From positions 4,504 through 28,503 of the forward strand of contig CAKUIV010000008.1 in NCBI GenBank assembly GCA_934661105.1: 24,000 nucleotides of DNA, written 5' to 3'. A model generated the notes under the pieces. It searched no databases. It was not told the origin of the DNA and saw only the letters and a list, made by a program, of their open reading frames with translations. The stretch is from an uncultured Ellagibacter sp. (lineage in GTDB: Bacteria; Actinomycetota; Coriobacteriia; Coriobacteriales; Eggerthellaceae). Made by a program: the position numbers and the translations under genes. Shown here piece after piece: positions 1-11,811 of this stretch. How positions within the stretch are numbered: position 1 is the stretch's first letter; each line of letters starts with the position of its first letter.

Positions 1-155
1 GCGTCCACGACCTTGCGCCAGTCCCCCGTTTCCTCGAACCGCACCTCATGCGGAAGCAGCCGCTCATCGAGGTAGGTGAAGAGGGCCGACCCGTCGTGCG
101 CACGCGTCAATGAGACGCTGCGCGGCAGGTTATCGAGGTTGAGCTGGCGGTTCAT
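1..155 (-). CDS. N-terminal fragment of a probable S-methyl-5-thioribose-1-phosphate isomerase / eIF-2B-alpha-like protein; continues beyond the left window edge
   Basis: Manual minus-strand translation from ATG at 155: MNRQLNLDNLPRSVSLTRAHDGSALFTYLDERLLPHEVRFEETGDWRKVVDA. The 'LD-RLLPHEV' pattern resembles the MtnA N-terminus. Only ~51 aa are visible. Confidence 0.4.
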   Translation of the reverse strand, partial: MNRQLNLDNLPRSVSLTRAHDGSALFTYLDERLLPHEVRFEETGDWRKVVD

Positions 156-184
156 TTCCTTGGCCTTTCGTTCTAGAGCCGTGC

Positions 185-1624
185 TTAGAATTCAGCGTTT
201 CCGACGGTGCGCGGATGAGGGATGACGTCGCGGATGTTCTGAACGCCGGTCAGGTACATGACGAGGCGCTCGAACCCGAGGCCGAAGCCAGCATGCTTGC
301 AGCTGCCGTAACGGCGCAAGTCGCAATAGTACTTGTACTGCGCCGGATCCATGCCGAGCTCGTCGATGCGGCGCTCGAGCACGTCGAGACGCTCTTCGCG
401 CTGGCTGCCACCGATGATCTCGCCGATGCCGGGGACAAGGCAGTCGGCCGCGGCGACCGTCTTGCCGTCGTCGTTCATGCGCATGTAGAATGCCTTGATT
501 TCCGCCGGGTAGTCGGTGACGAAGGTGGGGCGCTTGAAATGCTCTTCGGTGAGGAAGCGCTCGTGCTCGGTCTGCAGGTCGATGCCCCAGCTCACCGGGT
601 ACTCGAATGAATGGCCCGCGGCCACGGCCTCTTCAAGGATGGAAACCGCCTCGGTGTAGGTCACGCGAGCGAAATCGGAATTCGCCACATGGGTCAAACG
701 ATCGATGAGCCCCTTATCGACGAACTTGTTGAGCATGGCAAGCTCGTCGGGGCACGCGTCCATCACGCGCTTGATAACCGATTTCAGCATATCCTCGGCA
801 AGGTTCATGTCGTCTTCGAGGTCGGCGAAGGCGATTTCGGGTTCGACCATCCAGAATTCGGCCGCATGGCGCTTGGTGTTGGAGTTCTCGGCGCGAAACG
901 TCGGACCGAAGGTGTACACATCGCCGAACGCCATGGCGAAGTTCTCGGCGTTGAGCTGGCCCGACACCGTAAGGCTCGCCGGCTCGCCGAAGAAATCGCG
1001 GCTCCAGTCGACATCGCCTTCGGAAAGCTTCCCATCGCTTGCGGCAGCCGTCTTCGCGTCGATGCGCGGAACGTTCGCAATATCGAGCGTCGTCACGCGG
1101 AACATCTCGCCCGCGCCCTCGCAGTCGGAAGCGGTGATGACGGGGGTGTTCACGTACACGAACCCGCGGTCATGGAAGAAGGTGTGGATAGCGGCAGCGG
1201 CTTCGCTTCGGATGCGGAACACCGCGCGGAAGAGGTTGGTTCGCGGGCGGAGATGTTGCTGGGTGCGGAGGAATTCCACCGTCGCGCGCTTCTTCTGCAG
1301 CGGGTAGTCGGGAGCCGAGGTTCCCTCGACGGCGATCTCGGTCGCGGTCAGCTCGAACGGCTGCTGCGCCTCCGGCGTGAGCTTCACGACGCCTTTGCAG
1401 ACGAGCGCCGCGGAGACGTTCTGGGCCGCGATCTCGTCGTAGTTCGCAAGCGTTTCACGGCTCATGACGACCTGAAGGTCCTTGAAGCAGCTGCCGTCGT
1501 TCAAGGTGACGAACCCGAAGTTCTTCATGTCGCGAACCGAGCGGACCCAACCCGCCACGGTCGCTTCCGTGCCGCCGAATTCCTCAGCGTTGGCGTACAG
1601 CTGCGCAATCTTCGTGCGTTGCAT
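185..1624 (-). CDS. asnS: Asparagine--tRNA ligase
   Basis: 479 aa ORF, ATG start with upstream AAGGAAGGG. OB-fold N-terminus ([23 protein letters not shown]) and class II aaRS motifs ([21 protein letters not shown]; [15 protein letters not shown]). Confidence 0.96.
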   Translation of the reverse strand: MQRTKIAQLYANAEEFGGTEATVAGWVRSVRDMKNFGFVTLNDGSCFKDLQVVMSRETLANYDEIAAQNVSAALVCKGVVKLTPEAQQPFELTATEIAVEGTSAPDYPLQKKRATVEFLRTQQHLRPRTNLFRAVFRIRSEAAAAIHTFFHDRGFVYVNTPVITASDCEGAGEMFRVTTLDIANVPRIDAKTAAASDGKLSEGDVDWSRDFFGEPASLTVSGQLNAENFAMAFGDVYTFGPTFRAENSNTKRHAAEFWMVEPEIAFADLEDDMNLAEDMLKSVIKRVMDACPDELAMLNKFVDKGLIDRLTHVANSDFARVTYTEAVSILEEAVAAGHSFEYPVSWGIDLQTEHERFLTEEHFKRPTFVTDYPAEIKAFYMRMNDDGKTVAAADCLVPGIGEIIGGSQREERLDVLERRIDELGMDPAQYKYYCDLRRYGSCKHAGFGLGFERLVMYLTGVQNIRDVIPHPRTVGNAEF

Positions 1625-1652
1625 GGTTTCCCTTCCTTGTTAACGCATAAAA

Positions 1653-1684
1653 GGGGTCGGGCGCCGCATCGGGCGTCCGACCCC
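1653..1684 (-). terminator. Rho-independent terminator downstream of ppdK
   Basis: Minus strand: GGGGTCGG ACGCCCGATGCGGCGC CCGACCCC followed by TTTTAT. GC-rich stem lies between the ppdK stop and asnS start. Confidence 0.8.
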
Positions 1685-1708
1685 TCCCTTACAACCTGAT
1701 GGCGAAGC

Positions 1709-4426
<2,718 letters not shown>

Positions 4427-4470
4427 CTTGTTCTCCTTACAAGCTCCGGTTACCTTTTCGCCCTTAAGCA

Positions 4471-4494
4471 GACAGGGCCGCGTGCGGCCCCGTC
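4471..4494. other. GC-rich hairpin in the ppsR-like/ppdK intergenic region; possible weak terminator or attenuator
   Basis: gacagggccg-cgtg-cggccccgtc: near-perfect stem with one mismatch and no U-tract on the minus strand. Confidence 0.3.
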
Positions 4495-4507
4495 GTGGTT
4501 TTGGGAA

Positions 4508-5392
4508 CTAATTCATCATAGCAGTCTGAGCAGGATGGATACGCTGGTAGTACCGCATTATTTCCTGAGCGGTCTCTTCAACGGCGCGGTGTTCGGTGTG
4601 AACGACGATGGCGCCGAGCTTGCGCATGAGCGCGCGCGCCTTGTCGAGGTCCTCGTAGACGAAGGTGGGGTCGGCGTATTCGCTTGCAACCCCGACCGCA
4701 TTGCCGAGGCGTCGCTCGCGAATGCTCACGAGCACGTCTGGCGTGGTCATGAGCCCGAACAGGCGCGTGCGGTCGACGTCGTAGATCTCGCGCGGGGGCT
4801 CGGTCGACGGGTCGAGCGGGACGTTCGCGACCTTGTACCCCTGCTGGGAAAGGTAAATCGACGTGGGGGTTTTGGACGAGCGCGACACGCCGAGGAGCAC
4901 GATGTCGGCCTGCGGGAGGTCTTGGGGGTTTCGCCCATCGTCGTGGGCGATGGTGAACTCGATGGCCTCGATGCGCCGGAAGTAGCTCTGGTCGGCCACG
5001 TGCAGCCCGCCCGGCTTCGCGGTCGGCTCGAGCCCCGACGTGAACGCGATCGCGTTGATCGCATCGGTCATAAGGTCGACCGCGACGATGTTGGTATGCG
5101 AGGACACGTACTCCGAAAGCTCCTGACGCAGGTCGGAGTTCACGATCGTGTAGAAGACGAGCAGCTGATCGGAACCGGTTTCCTTCAGGTGCATGGCGGC
5201 GTGGTCCTCGAAGAACCGCTCGATCTGACCGGCGTTGCGCACCTTCGGCAGAACCTCGATGCAGGGATTGCTCACGCCGAATTGGGTGGCGGCGGCGCGG
5301 GCAACCGCCTGCGCCGTCAGTCCCACCGAGTCGCTGATCACGTGAATCGTCGGTATAGGGGTCGTATTCTCGCGCACAACGAAATCCTTCAA
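4508..5392 (-). CDS. ppsR: Pyruvate, phosphate dikinase regulatory protein (DUF299/PSRP family kinase-pyrophosphorylase)
   Basis: 294 aa. N-terminus IHVISDSVGLTAQAVARAA and central ADIVLLGVSRSSKTPTSIYLSQQGYKVANVPL are hallmarks of the family. Directly upstream of ppdK. Start appears to be TTG, immediately after the glyS stop. Confidence 0.93.
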   Translation of the reverse strand: MKDFVVRENTTPIPTIHVISDSVGLTAQAVARAAATQFGVSNPCIEVLPKVRNAGQIERFFEDHAAMHLKETGSDQLLVFYTIVNSDLRQELSEYVSSHTNIVAVDLMTDAINAIAFTSGLEPTAKPGGLHVADQSYFRRIEAIEFTIAHDDGRNPQDLPQADIVLLGVSRSSKTPTSIYLSQQGYKVANVPLDPSTEPPREIYDVDRTRLFGLMTTPDVLVSIRERRLGNAVGVASEYADPTFVYEDLDKARALMRKLGAIVVHTEHRAVEETAQEIMRYYQRIHPAQTAMMN

Positions 5393-7495
5393 TTACTTAT
5401 GCGCCTTCTTCGACACAAGGCCGAAGTCCGCAACGTCCTCGAAGACGCCGACGAAGCGGTTGAGCAGGCGCAGGCGGTTATCGCGGAGCTTCTCGTTCTC
5501 GTCCATGACCATGACGTCGTCGAAGAACGCGTCGATGGGCTCTTTCAGGGCCGCAAGCGCGGCGCACGCGGCATCGAAGTCCTTGGCCGCAAGCGCGGCG
5601 GAAACCTTTTCCTCCCCCGCCTCGCACGCGGAAAGCAAAGCGCTCTCGGCATCGCCGAGCAGCGAGGCGTCGACCTCGTCGCCAAGGCTTTCGTCGGCGA
5701 GGTTGTGAGCGCGGGCAAAGGCACCGGCGAGGGCCTCGAAGACCTCGGGCTCTTCGGCACGAGCGGTGTCGAGCGCGCGGGCGCGGGCGATGAACTCGGC
5801 CGGGTCGATCACGCCCACGGACGACACGGCGTCGATCGAGTCGAGGCGAATGCCCTCGTCTTTCGCGATCGTCTTCAAGCGGCCTGCGAAGAACTGCTCG
5901 ATTTTGGACGCGACCTCGTCGCGGTCGAATTCAAGCCCCTGTTCGGCGTAGGACGAAAGCGACGCCGCGATAAGGTCCTTCAACCCAACCGAAGGCAGCG
6001 TACGCAACATGGCGATGATGCCGATGGCCGCACGGCGAACGGCGTAAGGGTCGGACGAGCCCGTCGGCGGCTCGTCGATGGCGAAGATGCCGCAGCAGGT
6101 ATCGAGCTTGTCGGCGATCGCGACGCACTTGCCGCAGGTGCCGGAGGGCAGCTCGTCGCCGGCGAAGCGCGGACGGTAATGCTCGCGGATGGCGGCGCAG
6201 ACCTCGAGATCCTCACCCGCGGCCTCGGCGTAGTAGCCACCCATGACGCCCTGCTGGTTGGTGAACTCGACGACGGCCTGGGACACGAGGTCGGCCTTGG
6301 CGAGATGCGCGGCGCGAACCGCGTTCGCGACGCCCGACTCGCTCTCGCCCGCGGCCTTCGCGCACACGCCGGCGAGCTTTTCCATACGCTCGACCTTCTG
6401 CAGGGTCGTGCCGAGCTTTTCCTGGAACGTGACGATGCCGAGACGTTGGACGAAATCCTCCATCGGGCGCTTCAGGTCCTCTTCGAAGAAGAACTTCGCG
6501 TCGTCGAGACGCGGGCGGACGACGCGTTCGTTGCCGGAAACGACCGTGTCGGAAACTTTCGGGTCGGCGTTGGAGACGATCACGAACTCGCGGGTGAGCT
6601 TGCCTTGCGCATCGAAGATCGGGAAGTAGCGTTGGTTGGAGAGCATCGATTCGCAGATGATTTCCTGCGGAACGCGGAGGAACTCCTCGTCGAATTCTCC
6701 CACGAGGACGGTCGGCCACTCGCAGAGGTTCACGACCTCGTCGAAGATGCGCTTGGGCGTGTCGACGTGCGAGCCGGGACGCGCGGCCTCGATGGCAGCG
6801 ATGCCCTCGCGGATGGCCGCCTCGCGCGCGTCTGCGCCGAGCACGTAGGCGCCCTTGAGCACGTCCTCGTACGCGGCGGGCTCGGCAACAGCATGCTCGC
6901 CGGGAGCAAGGACGCGATGCCCGCGCGTGGTGTTGCCGCTCGTCACGTCGGCGTAGGTCACTGGCACGACCTCGGAGCCGAGAAGCGCGCAGATCCAGCG
7001 GATCGGGCGCACGAAGGTCTCGTGCTCGCAGCCCCAGCGCTGGGAGCGGTAGTTCGGCCACTCGATGGCGGCGATGACATCGTGGCCCAACTTCGAGAGG
7101 ATGGGCATCGCAGGTTCGGAGGGCACGTTCTTCTCGGCGAAGACGTACTCGTTGCCGTCCTCGTCCACCTTACGGGTAAGATCCGCGGCGTCGATGCCGC
7201 ATTTGCGGGCGAAGCCTGCGGCCGCCTTGGTCGGGTTGCCGTCGGCGTCGAAGGCGATCTGCGCCTTGGGACCGCGCTTGACCTCATGGACGGCCTCGGT
7301 GGCGCACGCGACGTCGGCGACGATCGCAGCCAAACGGCGCGGCGAAGAAACGACGCAGACCTCGCCATGGGCGAGCCCGGCCTCGTCGAGCATCTTCACG
7401 ACGAGCTTGGGAAGCTGCTTGGACGCATTGATGAGAGGCGCCGAAGGCATTTCCTCGGTGCCGATTTCAAGCAGGAAGTCCTTTGTTTCTGCCAT
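5393..7495 (-). CDS. glyS: Glycine--tRNA ligase beta subunit
   Basis: 700 aa. N-terminus MAETKDFLLEIGTEEMPSAPL, with ESMLSNQRYFPIFDAQGKL. Its stop abuts the downstream gene and its start abuts glyQ. Confidence 0.97.
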   Translation of the reverse strand: MAETKDFLLEIGTEEMPSAPLINASKQLPKLVVKMLDEAGLAHGEVCVVSSPRRLAAIVADVACATEAVHEVKRGPKAQIAFDADGNPTKAAAGFARKCGIDAADLTRKVDEDGNEYVFAEKNVPSEPAMPILSKLGHDVIAAIEWPNYRSQRWGCEHETFVRPIRWICALLGSEVVPVTYADVTSGNTTRGHRVLAPGEHAVAEPAAYEDVLKGAYVLGADAREAAIREGIAAIEAARPGSHVDTPKRIFDEVVNLCEWPTVLVGEFDEEFLRVPQEIICESMLSNQRYFPIFDAQGKLTREFVIVSNADPKVSDTVVSGNERVVRPRLDDAKFFFEEDLKRPMEDFVQRLGIVTFQEKLGTTLQKVERMEKLAGVCAKAAGESESGVANAVRAAHLAKADLVSQAVVEFTNQQGVMGGYYAEAAGEDLEVCAAIREHYRPRFAGDELPSGTCGKCVAIADKLDTCCGIFAIDEPPTGSSDPYAVRRAAIGIIAMLRTLPSVGLKDLIAASLSSYAEQGLEFDRDEVASKIEQFFAGRLKTIAKDEGIRLDSIDAVSSVGVIDPAEFIARARALDTARAEEPEVFEALAGAFARAHNLADESLGDEVDASLLGDAESALLSACEAGEEKVSAALAAKDFDAACAALAALKEPIDAFFDDVMVMDENEKLRDNRLRLLNRFVGVFEDVADFGLVSKKAHK

Positions 7496-8437
7496 TTAAG
7501 CCACCTCGCCCTTCGTGGAGTACGTGTCTTTCTTGCCCGCGACCTCCGCGAGATAGCTTTCGCAGCAGGCCTTGGCGACGGCGCGGACGCGCAGAATGTA
7601 GTTGGCGCGCTCGGTCGCCGAGATGGCGCCGCGAGCGTCGAGGATATTGAAGGCATGGCTGCACTTCATGACGCAGTCGTAAGCCGGCAGAGGCAGTTTG
7701 CGCTCAAGGCAGGCGTGGCACTCGGCCTCGTATTCGTCGAACTTGCGGCGCATCATGTCGACGTCGGCGACCTCGAAGTTGTAGGCCGAGAACTCGACCT
7801 CGTTCTCGTGGAAAACGTCACCATAGGTCATGGGCGTGCCGTCGGGCAGGTAGGACCAGACGAGGTCGTAGACGGAGTCGACGCCCTGCACGTACATAGC
7901 GATGCGCTCGAGGCCGTAGGTGATCTCAACGGGAACCGGGTCGACCTCGATGCCGCCGACCTGCTGGAAATAGGTGTACTGCGTAACCTCCATGCCGTCC
8001 ATCCAGACTTCCCAGCCAAGCCCCCAGGCACCGAGCGTCGGGCTTTCCCAGTCATCCTCGACGAAGCGGACGTCGTGCTCCGCAGGGTCGAGGCCGATGG
8101 CCTTGAGCGAGCCCAGGTAAAGGTCCTGCGAATCGACCGGGCAGGGCTTCAAGATGACCTGGAACTGGTAGTAATGCTGCATGCGATTGGGGTTCTCACC
8201 GTAACGGCCGTCAGCGGGACGGCGGCACGGCTGCGGGTAGCAGGTGCGCCAAGCGTTCGGCCCGAGGCTGCGAAGCGTGGTCGCGGTATGGAACGTGCCC
8301 GCGCCCACCTCGCTGTCGTAGGGCTGCATAACGACGCATCCCTGTTCGGCCCAATAGCGCTGCAGGGTCATGATGATGTCCTGGAACGTCGGCGCGTCCG
8401 CCGCGCGCGTGGCGGCATGCACAGGTTCGGTTGCCAT
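7496..8437 (-). CDS. glyQ: Glycine--tRNA ligase alpha subunit
   Basis: 313 aa with [40 protein letters not shown] and [20 protein letters not shown]. Confidence 0.98.
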   Translation of the reverse strand: MATEPVHAATRAADAPTFQDIIMTLQRYWAEQGCVVMQPYDSEVGAGTFHTATTLRSLGPNAWRTCYPQPCRRPADGRYGENPNRMQHYYQFQVILKPCPVDSQDLYLGSLKAIGLDPAEHDVRFVEDDWESPTLGAWGLGWEVWMDGMEVTQYTYFQQVGGIEVDPVPVEITYGLERIAMYVQGVDSVYDLVWSYLPDGTPMTYGDVFHENEVEFSAYNFEVADVDMMRRKFDEYEAECHACLERKLPLPAYDCVMKCSHAFNILDARGAISATERANYILRVRAVAKACCESYLAEVAGKKDTYSTKGEVA

Positions 8438-8502
8438 ATCTCTCCTTTTCGTCTGCCAAGCCCCGGGAACCGCGTTCGCCAGAGGCCCTGTTGATTAGTG
8501 AA

Positions 8503-9072
8503 CTACGATAACAGACCGATATGGTTGATCGGCCAGTAGGTGAAAACGGCGTGCCCGGTCACCGTCGAGGCGTCGACCGCCCCGAAGTAACGGGAATCCT
8601 GGGAATTCGTTCGGTTATCGCCCATCACCCATAAGCACCCTTGCGGCACCGTGTACGGGTAGCTTATGGACACGGCGGTTTTTTGGAAGGGCTCGGAAAC
8701 CTTGCCTTCGGTGTAGGGCTCGTCGAGCGCGACGCTGTCGACGACCACCTTGCCGTCGACGAGGTCGACCGTCTGGCCACCCGTGGCGATGACGCGTTTG
8801 ATGAGCGTGCGCCCTGAGACAAGCGGGTCTTCGAAGGTTACGATGTCGCCCTGCTTGGGATCGCCCGAATAATAGGAAACCTTCTCGGAGAAGACGAGGT
8901 CTCCGGTCATGATGGTGTCTTCCATGGACCCAGAGGGGATCTCGTAAGCCGAGAAGACGAAGGTCCTCAATCCGAACGAGATGGCGAGCACCGCGACGAC
9001 CATGACGACGAGGCTCGCAACGGTGCGAAGGGTCTTGGAACCTTGGCGTTCGGCATGCTGACCGGAAAACAT
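8503..9072 (-). CDS. lepB: Signal peptidase I
   Basis: 189 aa with N-terminal TM segment, YEIPSGSMEDTIMTGD catalytic Ser motif, LIKRVIATGGQTVDL catalytic Lys region, and VMGDNRTNSQDSR. Confidence 0.96.
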   Translation of the reverse strand: MFSGQHAERQGSKTLRTVASLVVMVVAVLAISFGLRTFVFSAYEIPSGSMEDTIMTGDLVFSEKVSYYSGDPKQGDIVTFEDPLVSGRTLIKRVIATGGQTVDLVDGKVVVDSVALDEPYTEGKVSEPFQKTAVSISYPYTVPQGCLWVMGDNRTNSQDSRYFGAVDASTVTGHAVFTYWPINHIGLLS

Positions 9073-9165
9073 GTGGGGCTCTCGTCCTTTCGAATGCGAC
9101 GCGTGCGATCGCGCACGTCGAGGCTTTTCGTGACAGTGACAAACGAGAATGATACCGCGCTTCCC

Positions 9166-9942
9166 CTACCGCTCGAGCTCGAGGCCCAAACTCTGCAGAA
9201 AATCCCTCTCAGCGGGCGAAAGCTCGACGTCGGAAAGCAGGTCGGGGCGCAGGCGAGCCGTGCGCTCGAGGCTCTGCTCGCGTCGCCACGCGGCAACTTT
9301 TCCGTGGTCGCCCGACAGAAGAACGGCCGGCACCTCCATGCCGCGGAAGCTTGCAGGGCGTGTGTACTGGGGATATTCGAGCAGCCCATCGGAGAAGCTT
9401 TCGGTCTGGGCGCCCTCCTCGGCGCCGAGAACGCCGGGGAGCTTGCGCACCACGGCGTCGATGACGACCATGGAAGCGAGCTCGCCGCTCGTAAGGACGT
9501 AGTCGCCGAGCGAGATGACCTCGTCGGCCAAGGCGTAGGCACGCTCGTCGATTCCCTCGTAGTGCCCGCACACGAACAGAAGGCGCTCCTGTTCGGCGAG
9601 CTTGAGCGCGCAGGCGTCGTCGAAGCGCCGCCCCTGGGGCGCGAGGAAGATGGTGTGGGGAGCCGGCAGGCAGGCGGGCCCTTCCCCCGTCGAGGCGCTC
9701 GCATCCGCAGGGCGCGCGCAGATGTCGTCGTAGGCTTCGAAGAGCGGCTCGCACTTCATGACGAGACCGGCTCCCCCGCCATAGGGGTCGTCATCAGTCG
9801 TGCGATGACGGTCGTGCGTCCATTCTCGCAGATCGTACGCGTGAAAATCGAGAATCCCCTTCTCCTGCGCGATGCGCATCATGGACGTCCCCATAACAGA
9901 GTCGTACATATGGGGAAACGTCGAAAGCGTCTCGATGATCAC
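9166..9942 (-). CDS. trmD: tRNA (guanine-N1)-methyltransferase
   Basis: 258 aa with DDDPYGGGAGLVMKCEP, VCGHYEGIDERA and SLGDYVLTSGELASMVVIDAVVRKLPGVLG. Confidence 0.97.
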   Translation of the reverse strand: MIIETLSTFPHMYDSVMGTSMMRIAQEKGILDFHAYDLREWTHDRHRTTDDDPYGGGAGLVMKCEPLFEAYDDICARPADASASTGEGPACLPAPHTIFLAPQGRRFDDACALKLAEQERLLFVCGHYEGIDERAYALADEVISLGDYVLTSGELASMVVIDAVVRKLPGVLGAEEGAQTESFSDGLLEYPQYTRPASFRGMEVPAVLLSGDHGKVAAWRREQSLERTARLRPDLLSDVELSPAERDFLQSLGLELER

Positions 9943-9971
9943 AGGGAATCCCTTCGTTCGCGAAACACATG

Positions 9972-10007
9972 AAAAAGCGCGCCCGGAGCACAGCCCCGAG
10001 ACGCGCG
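9972..10007 (-). terminator. Probable Rho-independent terminator between rimM and trmD
   Basis: Minus strand: GCGCGTCTCGGGGCTGTGCTCCGGGCGCGC followed by TTTTT. Confidence 0.6.
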
Positions 10008-10013
10008 AAGAAA

Positions 10014-10550
10014 TTACAGGCTTAAAAGCCCTGCAGGGACGTCGACGTCGATGCGGCAGGCTTCCTCGTCGATGCGCACGAGGAACTCGTCGACAAGCGG
10101 GATGAGAAGCGGATGCCCCTCGTCGCCGTCCGCGCGCGCAACGACGAGCAGGCTTTGACCGGGGTTGTCGTCGACGCGCAAAAGCGTACCGAGAAGACCC
10201 GCTTTCGCGTCATGGACCTCCCAGCCAAGCGTCGCGTCGGAATGCGCCGCCGCCTGCGCGCGGGCGAGTTCGGGCAAATCGGCTCGCTTCATGAGCACAT
10301 GGCAGCCAACGAGCGCCTTCGCGGTGTCGATGTCTTCGACGCCCGAGAACCACACGACGGCCGAAGCGTCGTCGCGCGGACGGATTCCTTCCACCTGCGC
10401 ACGACGAGGCCTATCGAGCACCGGAGGCACGAAAGCGACCTCGGCCCCTTCCTCGAGCAAAAAAGGAAGGCCCGACGCGCTGCGCACGACGAGCCCTCCA
10501 TCTAGATTCTTCGCAGTCGCCAACCAGGCGACATCAGCCCATTCGCGCAT
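10014..10550 (-). CDS. rimM: Ribosome maturation factor RimM (divergent N-terminus)
   Basis: 178 aa. GWEVHDAKAGLLGTLLRVDDNPGQSLLVV and PLIPLVDEFLVRIDEEACRIDVDVPAGLL match the RimM PRC-barrel-like C-domain. Position between khpA and trmD supports the call. Confidence 0.85.
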   Translation of the reverse strand: MREWADVAWLATAKNLDGGLVVRSASGLPFLLEEGAEVAFVPPVLDRPRRAQVEGIRPRDDASAVVWFSGVEDIDTAKALVGCHVLMKRADLPELARAQAAAHSDATLGWEVHDAKAGLLGTLLRVDDNPGQSLLVVARADGDEGHPLLIPLVDEFLVRIDEEACRIDVDVPAGLLSL

Positions 10551-10805
10551 CTATTCGACAAGCTCCACATCAACTGGAACGTCCGAATGCGATGCGGCCG
10601 CGCGCGCAAGCGTGCGAATAGCCTTGATGACACGGCCCTGGCGGCCAATGACCTTACCGGCGTCTTCTTCGTTCACGCGAATCTCGACGAGGATGGAGCC
10701 TTCTTCAGTCTCGCTTCCCGTGATATCGAGGTCTTCTTCGTGGTCCACCAAAGGACGCACGATCGCGTCAACCAAGCCGACGAGGTCTTCCGTCTGCTCA
10801 GACAT
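10551..10805 (-). CDS. khpA: KH-domain RNA-binding protein (KhpA/YlqC family)
   Basis: 84 aa with KH GxxG-type motif (VNEEDAGKVIGRQGRVIKAIRTLARAA), located in the rpsP-khpA-rimM-trmD order. Confidence 0.92.
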   Translation of the reverse strand: MSEQTEDLVGLVDAIVRPLVDHEEDLDITGSETEEGSILVEIRVNEEDAGKVIGRQGRVIKAIRTLARAAASHSDVPVDVELVE

Positions 10806-10810
10806 GCCGT

Positions 10811-11056
10811 TTACGCTTCCTTGCGAGCGGTTTCGAGAAGACGAGCGACGGTGTCAGTCGGCTGCGCGCCGTTGGCGATCCACTTGTCGACCTTCTCAAG
10901 ATCGAATTTGATCATCGACGGGTCGACGCAGGGATTGTAGCGACCGACTTCTTCGATGAACTTGCCGTCGCGCGGAGAGCGGGAATCGGCAACGACGATG
11001 CGGTAGTACGGGCGCTTCTTCGCGCCGTGACGAGCCAGGCGAATTTTGACTGCCAT
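10811..11056 (-). CDS. rpsP: 30S ribosomal protein S16
   Basis: Start refined to the internal ATG at 11056 ([42 protein letters not shown]) with AGGAGT upstream. The track ORF starts 10 codons earlier. Confidence 0.97.
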   Translation of the reverse strand: MAVKIRLARHGAKKRPYYRIVVADSRSPRDGKFIEEVGRYNPCVDPSMIKFDLEKVDKWIANGAQPTDTVARLLETARKEA

Positions 11057-11135
11057 GAAGTTGAACTCCTTTATTTCTAAACTCACATCTCGGTTTTACG
11101 AGGGCAAACGCCTCGGGAAAACACAGCGATTGCTT

Positions 11136-11164
11136 ATTCTACTGGAAATATCGAAAAATAGCAA
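11136..11164 (-). promoter_or_regulatory. Sigma-70-type promoter for the rpsP-khpA-rimM operon
   Basis: Minus strand: TTGCTA (11159-11164), 17-nt spacer, TAGAAT (11136-11141). Located ~80 nt upstream of the rpsP ATG. Confidence 0.65.
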
Positions 11165-11200
11165 GTTCACGTGCATGAAGCGTTCACAAACGGCGGGCGG

Positions 11201-11746
11201 CTATTCCCCGAGGCTCGCACCGAGCTCACGCGCCCGCTCAAGTCCCGGATTGCCCGCGATCGCGCCCTTGTCGAACACCGCGTTCACCACGACCTCGCCG
11301 ATGCTTTCCTGATGCGTGTAGGCGTTCGAGCGCTTGTAGGTGTCGAGCAGGGAATCGGCGGCAGTGATATCCTTGTCCTCCAGACAGAGCAGAAGCCCCA
11401 CGCGCGGGATGTCGAACGACTTGGCGATGCCGCAGAACATGCGGTCCTGGAAAGCCTTGAGCTGCGCGGGGTAGGTGAAGCAGTACAGCGGCGTCGCGTA
11501 CACGAGCACGTCGGCCCAGTGGAGATCGGGATAGAACTTCTGCATGTCGTCTTTCTGAACGCACTCCCCTTCATGAGAGAAGCAGTAGTTGCAGCCGAGG
11601 CACCCCGCGATCTTGGCGCGCCCCGCGTCGATGCGGCGAACCTCGCAGCCCGCCGACTCCGCGCCCTCGATGAACGCGTCCGCGAGCATGTCGGAGTTCC
11701 CGTTCACGCGCGGGCTTCCCGTTACCACCACGATTTTGCAAGCCAT
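11201..11746 (-). CDS. Flavodoxin family protein / NADPH-dependent FMN reductase-like protein
   Basis: Start refined to ATG at 11746 (MACKIVVVTGSPRVNGNSDMLADAFIEGAE) with GGGGAGGA upstream. GSPRxNGNSD flavin phosphate loop, GCNYCF..GECVQKDDM and YATPLYCFTYPAQLKAFQDR motifs. Confidence 0.88.
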   Translation of the reverse strand: MACKIVVVTGSPRVNGNSDMLADAFIEGAESAGCEVRRIDAGRAKIAGCLGCNYCFSHEGECVQKDDMQKFYPDLHWADVLVYATPLYCFTYPAQLKAFQDRMFCGIAKSFDIPRVGLLLCLEDKDITAADSLLDTYKRSNAYTHQESIGEVVVNAVFDKGAIAGNPGLERARELGASLGE

Positions 11747-11811
11747 TTTGAATCCTCCCCTTCTTCGGTGCGCGTGCGCCCGACCCTCTCCGCCGGACGC
11801 ACGCGACAATG

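Noticed and set aside
611-1699. 362-aa plus-strand ORF over asnS, plus the 347-aa ORF at 11809-12852 over ffh
   Set aside because: Both are antisense shadows in register with clearly identified minus-strand genes.
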